Below, in pieces: positions 27,674 to 34,728 of a stretch of DNA of 64,000 nucleotides. Position numbers and translations under genes: made by a program. The notes under the pieces are model-generated. The model did no database searches. It had not been told where the DNA came from and was given only the letters and a program-made list of their open reading frames with translations. This DNA comes from Thermoleophilaceae bacterium. GTDB taxonomy: Bacteria > Actinomycetota > Thermoleophilia > Solirubrobacterales > Thermoleophilaceae. The first letter of the stretch is position 1. Every line of letters starts with the position of its first letter. Location: assembly GCA_036407035.1 (NCBI GenBank), contig DASXAA010000219.1:5459-69458 (forward strand). Direction: 5' to 3'.

Positions 27674-28441
27674 CTACCGCCTGCAGGAGATCGCCGTGTC
27701 GACCGTCTTGTCGGGAACCTCGATGTAGCTGAAGATGCCGCGCGTCGGGGCCTTGCCGCCCTTCGGGCACTTGAAGGCCTCGATGTACCCGCGCATGCGG
27801 CCCTTGTGCTTGATGCTCGCCTTGACGGTCGTGGTGAAGAAGATCACGCCTGTGTGGAGGCCCGGCAGCGGCGTCTGGATGTTCTGCGGCACCGGGACGG
27901 TGAGCCTGTAGCCGTACTTGCCGTGCAGCTTCTTGAGCGGCGAGTTCAGCACGCCGCGGATCGACACCGGCGCGCTCGGGACGGAGAGGACGTAGAGCAG
28001 GACGCTCTTGCCCTTCGGGCCGTTGAACGCGGTCACGTCGGTCTTGACCTCGAGCGAGCCGACCTTGCCGATCGCACTGCCCTTGCCGATCTTCGACTGC
28101 TTGGGGCACTTGTTCGGGCCCTTGTTGAGCAGGATCGACTCCGTGCAGGACGGGAAGAAACGGCCGTTGGCGACGGCGGCGTTCGGGAAGAAGATCTGCG
28201 CCTGCTGGAGCGTCGGCGGCTGGCCCCCCGGCGGCACCGTATCCGCGCCGGTCGTCACCTTGAGGGCGATCGGAGTCGGCTTTCCGCCCTTGAGCTTGTT
28301 CGGCTTCACGCTCGCCGAGAGCGTCTGCTCGAAGTTGGTGTTCACGGTCTGCGCGTAGGCGATGGCGCCGCCGACGGCGACCGCGATGAGGGCGAGCGGG
28401 ATTAGAAACATACGCGTGTTCAAAGGCATGGCGCGCACCAT
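27674..28441 (-). CDS. secreted Lys-rich hypothetical protein
   Basis: Signal peptide MVRAMPLNTRMFLIPLALIAVAVGGAIAYA and four Cys. The protein is unusually Lys/Asn/Gln-rich for this genome (KPNKLKGGKPTP, KCPKQSKIGKGSAIGK, KKLHGKYGYRL), yet it uses the native G/C-ending codons (AAG). Confidence 0.65.
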   Translation of the reverse strand: MVRAMPLNTRMFLIPLALIAVAVGGAIAYAQTVNTNFEQTLSASVKPNKLKGGKPTPIALKVTTGADTVPPGGQPPTLQQAQIFFPNAAVANGRFFPSCTESILLNKGPNKCPKQSKIGKGSAIGKVGSLEVKTDVTAFNGPKGKSVLLYVLSVPSAPVSIRGVLNSPLKKLHGKYGYRLTVPVPQNIQTPLPGLHTGVIFFTTTVKASIKHKGRMRGYIEAFKCPKGGKAPTRGIFSYIEVPDKTVDTAISCRR

Positions 28442-28453
28442 AGCCCACGCGGC

Positions 28454-28795
28454 TCAGCCGCGCAAGAGCAGATATACGAGCGTGGCCGCGAAGACGATCT
28501 GCCCGATGCCGAAGGCGACCCCGAGGCTGACCGCCCCGGCGAGCTCGGCGACCCCGACCGCGACCCCGAAGGCGGCGACGAGGATGAGGCACTGGGCGAA
28601 GCCGGAGAGGCCGAGGCGGCGTGGGGGAGGAGGACCGGGCGGCGCGCCCCGCCCGCGCGCCTGCTTCGCGTCCGGCCCGCGCGCCTGCTCGGCGGCGCGC
28701 TCGCCGCCCCGTGCGCGCTCCTCGGGCGGCTTCCCCCGCGCGCGCTCGTCCGGCTTCCCCCGCGCGCGCCCGCTCGGCTTCCGGCGCCGGCTCAC
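28454..28795 (-). CDS. small protein: basic repeat-containing N-terminus plus two C-terminal TM helices
   Basis: GTGA overlap with the meaB stop. VSRRRKPSGRARGKPDERARGKPPEERARGGERAAEQARGPDAKQARGRG...LGLSGFAQCLILVAAFGVAVGVAELAGAVSLGVAFGIGQIVFAATLVYLLLRG. High GC3 throughout. Confidence 0.5.
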   Translation of the reverse strand: MSRRRKPSGRARGKPDERARGKPPEERARGGERAAEQARGPDAKQARGRGAPPGPPPPRRLGLSGFAQCLILVAAFGVAVGVAELAGAVSLGVAFGIGQIVFAATLVYLLLRG

Positions 28796-29751
28796 GCGTT
28801 CGCCCTCCGCTCGAGCTCGGCCACCAGCGCGTTCACGCTGAGCGCCTCGTCCTGGGCGGCCAGGAACCGGAGCGCTTCGCGGCGTCCCCCGAGCGCCCGC
28901 AGCGCCCGCTCCCCGTGCTCGGCCGTCAGCTCTCGCAGCGCCGACAGCCGCCGGCACCGGAGCCGCCGTTCGGCCACGTCGAGCCGCCCGCGGTGGGCGT
29001 CGATCGCTCCGACCAGCTCGTCGACGCCGCTCGGCGGTGGGATCGACGACACCGCCACGACCGGCACGTCGCGGGAGCCGAGCGCGGCCAGCGCCTGCTC
29101 GAGGTCGCGCTGGGCGCGGAGCGCAGGGTCGCCGAGGTCGGCTTTCGTCACGACGAGCACGTCGGGCACCTCCATGATGCCCGCCTTCAGGAACTGGAGC
29201 ACATCGCCCGAGGCGGGCTGCACCACCACGGCGACGGTATCGCTCACCTCCTCGACGTCTGTCTCCGACTGGCCGACGCCCACGGTCTCGATCACCACGA
29301 CGTCGAACGTCGCGGCGAGCGCCTCGGCCGCCTCGCGCGTCGGGCCGGCGAGCCCGCCGAGCCGTCCGCCCGCCGCGGTCGAGCGGATCAGCACGCCGTC
29401 GTCGCGAGGGTCGTGCTCGATCCTGGCGCGGTCGGCGAGCAGCGAGCCGCCCGAGCGCTTCGACGACGGGTCCACGGCGAGCACCGCCACGGTTCGTCCC
29501 GCATCGCGCCAGTCGGCGACCAGAGCCGACAGCAGGCTGGACTTGCCCGCACCCGGCGGCCCCGTCACGCCGATCACATGCGCGGGCGCCTCGCCGCCGA
29601 GCGCCTCTGGCGACACCTCCGCCAGCAACGCGGCCGCCGCGTCGCGGTTCCCGGGGGAGCGGTCCTCGATCAGGTTGAGCGCCGCCGGCGCCGCGGCGCG
29701 GTCGCCCTCGCGCAACCGCCTGCCGAGCTCCGCCGCATCCGAGGTTGCCAT
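28792..29751 (-). CDS. meaB: methylmalonyl-CoA mutase-associated GTPase MeaB/ArgK
   Basis: From ATG 29751, 319 aa. P-loop VIGVTGPPGAGKSSLL; then VAVLAVDPSS..GGSLLADRAR, VVIETVGVGQSE and VVTKADL (NKxD-like). Confidence 0.9.
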   Translation of the reverse strand: MATSDAAELGRRLREGDRAAAPAALNLIEDRSPGNRDAAAALLAEVSPEALGGEAPAHVIGVTGPPGAGKSSLLSALVADWRDAGRTVAVLAVDPSSKRSGGSLLADRARIEHDPRDDGVLIRSTAAGGRLGGLAGPTREAAEALAATFDVVVIETVGVGQSETDVEEVSDTVAVVVQPASGDVLQFLKAGIMEVPDVLVVTKADLGDPALRAQRDLEQALAALGSRDVPVVAVSSIPPPSGVDELVGAIDAHRGRLDVAERRLRCRRLSALRELTAEHGERALRALGGRREALRFLAAQDEALSVNALVAELERRANA

Positions 29752-29768
29752 GGGCGGCGCAAGGTAGC

Positions 29769-30683
29769 TCACGCAGCCCGCGCGAGCAGACGACGGAGGA
29801 GCTCGGCGATCCGGCCGGGCTCCTCGACGACCTGGCGCCGGGTGATGCGAACGGGATCGAACCCGGCGAGTCGCAGGCGCTGGTCGCGCAGGCGATCGTC
29901 CTCGAACGCCCGTCGGGTCCCGTGCGTCGTCCAGCCGTCGGTCTCGACGACAAGCCGCTCGGCGCGCCAGAGGAAGTCGACCTTTACCCAGCCACGACCG
30001 ATCGCGGCGGACTCGGCTCCGAGGTGGAGCCGGGCGTTGACCTCCGGCTGGGGAAGGCCAGCGTCGCGGCACAGGGCGAGGAAGAGCTCCTCGAGCTCCT
30101 GGTCGGTGAGCGTCGGGCCGCCAAGGGCGGGGAGGACGGCGCGGACGACGGCGGCGCCGGGGTGGCCGTCGGTGCGTTGGAGCACGTCTTGCACGGCACG
30201 CAGGTCGAAGACTCCGAGCACCTCGGCCTGGTTGATCGCACGCTCGGCCGGGCGTTCGCCGAGGTCGGCGGCCATGTCGATGAGGGTGCGGGCGACGGAG
30301 GTGCAGGGGATTCCGTCAACGACCGCGCGGTCTCTCTCGACCAGGGTTCGGCTCGAGTGGACGATGATTCCGGGCCGATGCCTTCCGGCTCGGCCCCGCA
30401 CGGTGTCGTCGACCATGCGGCGGTTGTCCGGGCGCAGGGCGTGGAGGCCACCCGCAGAGCGGTGTGACACGAGCGCGCGCGGTCCACATGCGAGAACGGC
30501 GGCAATGAGGAGGCCATCCCCGGTCAAGCGGGAATGGCCAACCGCGTACACGCCCCGGTGCACGGCGTGCAACCGGCCTGCGGCCACGCGCTTGCGCACG
30601 GCAGATGGACTGAGTCCGAGGGCTCGCAGCTGATCGATGCCGACGACTCCATGCTGGCGATCGGCGAGCGTCGCGAGCCCCAC
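29769..30683 (-). CDS. DUF559 (Vsr-like endonuclease fold) protein with AbiEi-like N-terminal domain
   Basis: 304 aa. The N-terminus LADRQHGVVGIDQLRALGLSPSAVRKRVAAGRLHAVHRGVYAVG is a winged-helix AbiEi_4-like domain. The C-terminus VDFLWRAERLVVETDGWTTHGTRRAFEDDRLRDQRLRLAGFDPVRIT is DUF559. Confidence 0.8.
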   Translation of the reverse strand: MGLATLADRQHGVVGIDQLRALGLSPSAVRKRVAAGRLHAVHRGVYAVGHSRLTGDGLLIAAVLACGPRALVSHRSAGGLHALRPDNRRMVDDTVRGRAGRHRPGIIVHSSRTLVERDRAVVDGIPCTSVARTLIDMAADLGERPAERAINQAEVLGVFDLRAVQDVLQRTDGHPGAAVVRAVLPALGGPTLTDQELEELFLALCRDAGLPQPEVNARLHLGAESAAIGRGWVKVDFLWRAERLVVETDGWTTHGTRRAFEDDRLRDQRLRLAGFDPVRITRRQVVEEPGRIAELLRRLLARAA

Positions 30684-30688
30684 ATCCC

Positions 30689-30739
30689 GGGGGTGTTCGA
30701 CAAAGCGGGACTATTACTCCCGGAACGTTGAACACCCCC
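30689..30739. terminator. 51-nt nested hairpin between mutase stop and DUF559 gene start
   Basis: GGGGGTGTTC-GAC-AAAG-CGGGA-CTATTAC-TCCCG-GAAC-GTT-GAACACCCCC. The outer stem is 10 bp perfect (plus 2-3 further pairs). The inner stem is 5 bp with an AT-rich loop. It lies in a locally AT-richer 120-bp gap. Confidence 0.35.
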
Positions 30740-30803
30740 CTCCATGCCCGCACCCTGACGGCTGCCGGCGCACGCGTGGGTTACAAGCGTTACGAGTCTG
30801 CGA

Positions 30804-32801
30804 CTACGCCGCGGCCGGGGCGGTCACGCCGTTGCACTCCGCCACCAGGTCCACGATGTCGCCCATTATCCGGCTGACCTCGAAGTCCTTCGGCGTGTAG
30901 ACGCGGGCGACTCCGGCCTCCCGCAGGGCGGCCTCGTCCGCCGCCGGGATGATCCCGCCGACCACGACGGGCACACCCCCGGCGCCCGCGGCCTCCAGCT
31001 CGCGCAGCACCGCCGGGATCAGCTCCGCGTGCGAGCCGGACAGGATCGAGAGGCCCACTACGTGTACGCCCTCCTGGACCGCGGTCGCCGCGATCCGGGC
31101 CGGCGTCAGCCGGATGCCGTCGTACACCACGTCCATCCCGGCGTCCCGGGCGCGGATCGCGATCTGCTCGGCGCCGTTCGAGTGGCCGTCCAGCCCGGGC
31201 TTCCCGACCAGGATCTTGATCCGCCGGCCCAAAGCCGACGAGACCCGGTCCACACGATCCCGCAGCTCGACCAACGACGAATCGTCCCGGGCGGCCGCGG
31301 CCTCGGCGACACCCGTCGGCGCGCGATACTCACCGAAGACCGACCGGAGAACGCCCGCCCACTCACCGGTGGTCACCCCATTCTTCGCCGCTGTAAGCGT
31401 GGCGGGCATGATGTTCGTGTCAGGGTCGAGAGCGGCGTCGCGAAGCGAATCCAAAGCGGCGGAAACGGCGTCCGAGTCGCGGCCGGAGCGCCAAGCCTGG
31501 ACCGCGGCAACGGCGGACCGCTCGACCGCCGGATCAACCCGCAAGATCCCCCCGTCCTCGCCCTCCTGCAACGGCGACGGCTCGTGCTCCGTGTAGCAGT
31601 TCTGCCCGACCACCTTCTGCTCGCCCGCCTCGATCCGCCGCACACGCTCGCGGTGCGACTCCACGAGCTGGGTCTTCATGTACGGCACGGCCTCCACGGC
31701 GCCGCCGCGCTCAGCCACGACCTCCATCTCGGCCCGCGCGCCGCCCACCAGCTCCTCCACCAGCCCGTCCATCACCCGCGAGCCCTCGAACACGTCCGCG
31801 TACTCGAGCAGGTCGGTCTCGCAGGCCAGGATCTGCTGGATCCGCAGCGACCACTGCTGGTCCCACGGCCGCGGCAGCCCGAGCGCCTCGTTCCACGCGG
31901 GGAGCTGGATCGCCCGCGCCCGCGCGTCGCGCCCCATCGTGACCGCCAGCGCCTCCAGCACGATCCGGATGATGTTGTTCTCCGGCTGCGACTCGGTCAG
32001 GCCCAGCGAGTTCACCTGCACCCCGTACCGGAACCGCAGATACCGCTCGTCGTCAACGCCGTACCGCGTCCGCCCGATCTCCTCCCACAGCCGGCCCATC
32101 GCCCGCAGCTTCGCGTGCTCCTCGACGAAGCGGATGCCCGCGTTGACGAAGAACGAGATGCGCCCGAACACGCGCGGGAAAATCTCCTCGGGCACCCGGT
32201 CCCGCACCCGGTCGAGCACCGCGATCCCGGTCGAGAGCGCGTACGCGATCTCCTGCACGGGCGTCGCCCCCGCCTCCTGGAGGTGGTACGAGCAGATGTT
32301 GATCGGGTTCCACTTCGGAACCTCGTCGACCGTCCACGCGATCATGTCCGCGATCAGCCGCATCGACGGCTCCGGCGGGAACGCGTACGTCCCGCGCGAG
32401 AGGAACTCCTTGATGATGTCGTTCTGCGTGGTGCCCTGGAGCGAGTGGCGGTCCACGCCGTTCTCCTCGGCGACCGTCACGTACAGCGCCAACAGCCACG
32501 CCGCCGTGGCGTTGATCGTCATCGACGTGTTCATCTCGTCGAGCGGGATCCCGTCGAACAGGGTGTGCATGTCGCCCTTGTGGGTGATCGAGACGCCGAC
32601 CTTGCCGGCCTCGCCGCGCGACAGCTCGTGGTCGGGGTCGTAGCCGGTCTGGGTCGGCAGGTCGAACGCCACCGACAGTCCGGTCTGGCCCTTCGCGAGG
32701 TTCCGCCTGTACAGCTCGTTCGACTCGCGCGCCGTCGAATGGCCCGCGTAGGTGCGCATCACCCACGGGCTGTCCGGCTGCGGGAGGCGATGGCCCGTCA
32801 C
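30804..32801 (-). CDS. B12-dependent acyl-CoA mutase, fused catalytic + cobalamin-binding domains (MeaA/ethylmalonyl-CoA mutase-like)
   Basis: GTG 32801 opens ...PDSPWVMRTYAGHSTARESNELYRRNLAKGQTGLSVAFDLPTQTGYDPDH... The C-terminal B12 domain has GKPGLDGHSNGAEQ (DxHxxG). The RTYAGHS-type N-terminus and the roughly 665-aa single chain resemble MeaA/Ecm rather than MutB. The subtype is from memory, confidence about 0.6. Confidence 0.9.
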   Translation of the reverse strand: MTGHRLPQPDSPWVMRTYAGHSTARESNELYRRNLAKGQTGLSVAFDLPTQTGYDPDHELSRGEAGKVGVSITHKGDMHTLFDGIPLDEMNTSMTINATAAWLLALYVTVAEENGVDRHSLQGTTQNDIIKEFLSRGTYAFPPEPSMRLIADMIAWTVDEVPKWNPINICSYHLQEAGATPVQEIAYALSTGIAVLDRVRDRVPEEIFPRVFGRISFFVNAGIRFVEEHAKLRAMGRLWEEIGRTRYGVDDERYLRFRYGVQVNSLGLTESQPENNIIRIVLEALAVTMGRDARARAIQLPAWNEALGLPRPWDQQWSLRIQQILACETDLLEYADVFEGSRVMDGLVEELVGGARAEMEVVAERGGAVEAVPYMKTQLVESHRERVRRIEAGEQKVVGQNCYTEHEPSPLQEGEDGGILRVDPAVERSAVAAVQAWRSGRDSDAVSAALDSLRDAALDPDTNIMPATLTAAKNGVTTGEWAGVLRSVFGEYRAPTGVAEAAAARDDSSLVELRDRVDRVSSALGRRIKILVGKPGLDGHSNGAEQIAIRARDAGMDVVYDGIRLTPARIAATAVQEGVHVVGLSILSGSHAELIPAVLRELEAAGAGGVPVVVGGIIPAADEAALREAGVARVYTPKDFEVSRIMGDIVDLVAECNGVTAPAAA

Positions 32802-32853
32802 GAGGGAAAGTCTATGGGGCCCGCCGCCGGGGGGATGGCAGCGGGCCCCCGCC

Positions 32854-34404
32854 CTACTTGGTGAACGAGGTCCTCCAAGAGGCACGCCACGACGCCCGCC
32901 AGCTGGCCCTCCAACTGGCGCGCCAGCTCGCGTCCTGGTCGGCCCGGTCGGCCTCCGAGGTCGCGCAGGTGGCGCACCGCCAGCTCGCGAGCGGACTCCA
33001 CAGCGCGGCGAGCAACCGGTCGGCCGAGCGCCAGCTCGCCCTGAACCAGGTCGCGCGCCGGAAGTCGATCCTGCCCGTCGCGGTGTTGATGAGGTTGCTC
33101 GGGGTGAGCCCCAAGTTGCTGCGCAGCTTGTTGCTGCCGTCGTTCAGGGCGGCGGCGTCGTCGACGCGCGGCTCGACGCCCACGCCCGGCACGTCGCGGG
33201 CGGTGTTGATCAGGGCGCCCTTGACCTGATCCGGGGTCCAGTTCGGGTGCGCCTCGATCACGTCGGCCGCGGCGCCCGACACGAGCGCGGCCGACATCGA
33301 CGTTCCGCCGAGCTCCATGTACCCGCGTCCGATGATGCACTCGGGGCACCGGCGCGCGTAGTCGCTGCCGGGCGCCATCACCGACGCCAGGTGCGCGCCC
33401 GGCGCCAGGATCTCGGGCTTCGAGAGGCCGTCCTGCGTCTTGCCGTGGCTCGACCATGAGGTGAGCTTGTCGTCGCCCGTGTAGTCCGTCCCCTGATCGT
33501 CCACGGCACCGACCGTGAGCACGTACGGGTCGTTGCCGGGCGAGAAGGAGACGGCGTCGTTGTCGGAGCCCGCGTTGCCCGCCGCGGCGACCACCACGAT
33601 GCCCTGGAACCACGCCTCCTCGACGGCGGCGTCGAGCGGGTCGGTCTTGTACGACTCGGCGACGGTCGAGCTGAGCGACAGGTTGAGGACGCGGATGTTG
33701 TAGTCGTCCTTGTGGTCGACCGCGAACTGCACGCCGTCGATCACGTCGATCAGGCTCGCGTTGCCCTCCTCGTCGGAGATCTTGACCGAGATGAGGTTGG
33801 CGTTCGGCGCGACGCCGACGTAGTCGCCGTCGGCGCTGTCCCAGCCGGGCCGGTTGTTGCCGTTGCCGGCGATCAGGCCGGCGACGTGGGTGCCGTGGCC
33901 GAACGAGTCACCGGCGTTGCGCGCGTCGGGGTTGACGACCGCCGAGGCGACAACGCGCGAGCGCGAGTTGTAGCTCGAGACCTGGAAGTCCGGCAGGTTG
34001 CCCGCGACGCCGGTGTCGACCACGGCGACTCCCACGCCGCGGCCGGTCAGGCCGTCCTGCCAGGCCTTGGTGGCCTCGAGCGACTGGTTGAACGAGGTCC
34101 TGAGCCGCCACGGCTCGTAGATCGAGCTGGCGCGCTTCACGACCGGCGCGTTGGCGGAGACCGCGCGCACGCGCGGGTCGCGCTCGAGCGCGCCGGTCGC
34201 CGACGGGCTCACCACGGCGCCGACGCCGTTGATGATCCGCAGCTCCCGCTCCACGCGGCCGCCCAGCGAGCGCACCAGCGCCCCGCCCTCCGACAGCGAC
34301 GTGCCGCGATCGAACTGCACGATCACCTCGTCGTCCGCGCGGGCGGAGGCCGGCAGGATCGCGATGAGGGCGAGCAGCGCGCCCAACAGCACCATCGGAC
34401 GCAT
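32854..34404 (-). CDS. secreted S8 (subtilisin-like) serine peptidase with N-terminal inhibitor_I9-like propeptide and C-terminal ASWR repeats
   Basis: ATG 34404 and signal peptide MRPMVLLGALLALIAILPASARA. Catalytic triad motifs are VAVVDTGV, HGTHVAG and GGTSMSAA. The C-terminus has RATWFRASWR...ASWRASWRASWRASWRASWRTSFTK. Confidence 0.9.
   Translation of the reverse strand: MRPMVLLGALLALIAILPASARADDEVIVQFDRGTSLSEGGALVRSLGGRVERELRIINGVGAVVSPSATGALERDPRVRAVSANAPVVKRASSIYEPWRLRTSFNQSLEATKAWQDGLTGRGVGVAVVDTGVAGNLPDFQVSSYNSRSRVVASAVVNPDARNAGDSFGHGTHVAGLIAGNGNNRPGWDSADGDYVGVAPNANLISVKISDEEGNASLIDVIDGVQFAVDHKDDYNIRVLNLSLSSTVAESYKTDPLDAAVEEAWFQGIVVVAAAGNAGSDNDAVSFSPGNDPYVLTVGAVDDQGTDYTGDDKLTSWSSHGKTQDGLSKPEILAPGAHLASVMAPGSDYARRCPECIIGRGYMELGGTSMSAALVSGAAADVIEAHPNWTPDQVKGALINTARDVPGVGVEPRVDDAAALNDGSNKLRSNLGLTPSNLINTATGRIDFRRATWFRASWRSADRLLAALWSPLASWRCATCATSEADRADQDASWRASWRASWRASWRASWRTSFTK
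32872..32931 (-). repeat. in-frame tandem pentad... tetrapeptide repeat (ASWR)x5 at protease C-terminus
   Basis: There are five consecutive 12-nt units. Arg is encoded by AGG/CGT/CGG/AGG/CGC, Ser by TCT/TCG/AGC/AGT/AGC and Ala by GCC/GCG/GCC/GCC/GCG. The peptide repeat is therefore conserved while the DNA is not identical. Confidence 0.85.
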
Positions 34405-34574
34405 CCAGCGAAGCCGCCCCAACTCCAGTTCAACCGTCACGCGAGTCCTCCACAAAGTCTCTTGTCGTACTCGCGAGCCCAGCGGGGCGGTGCTCGCGTA
34501 CTCAGAAGATCGGAATTCCGCGCCGGCTCTGGATCGGCGGGTTGTCCATAGACGTTTGTTCGACCCCGGCCTGG

Positions 34575-34718
34575 ATCCACCGATCCTGACGGCATTTCCT
34601 CGCCGGGCTGCCGTCGCCAGGCGTCGCCGGCTCACTCGCGAGGGTTCACCCTCGCTCCGCTCGCCGTCGTCGCCTGGCTCGGCCCCCGGCACGGAAATGC
34701 TCGCCAGTCCCGGTGGAT
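34575..34718 (-). other. 144-nt rod-like multi-block inverted repeat (candidate structured RNA / long terminator-attenuator)
   Basis: Collinear complementary blocks on the plus strand are: ATCCACCG(34575)/CGGTGGAT(34711); GCATTTCC(34592)/GGAAATGC(34693); GCCGGG(34602)/CCCGGC(34685); GCCAGGCG(34616)/CGCCTGGC(34671). The apical hairpin is GCGAGGG-TTCA-CCCTCGC (34638-34655). In minus-sense RNA the spacer CUGGCG/CGUCAG also pairs through a G.U. Confidence 0.5.
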
Positions 34719-34728
34719 ACAGACCGCG

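Noticed and set aside
29769-30683. Calling the DUF559/AbiEi-like gene a mobile element.
   Set aside because: No terminal inverted repeats, target-site duplication, transposase or integrase are visible. Only the unusual position supports an insertion, so it is reported as a finding and not annotated as mobile.
34405-34574. Possible c-di-GMP (GEMM) or c-di-AMP (ydaO) riboswitch in the protease leader, suggested by the adjacent GGDEF/HD-GYP gene and by the fact that ydaO elements precede envelope hydrolases in actinobacteria.
   Set aside because: I could not find the conserved cores I remember, in either strand. These are GCAAA..GGGACGCAAAGCC..CCGG for GEMM-I and GGGGACCCA / AGCUAACCUCGUAAGCG for ydaO. 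Only a covariance-model scan could settle it.
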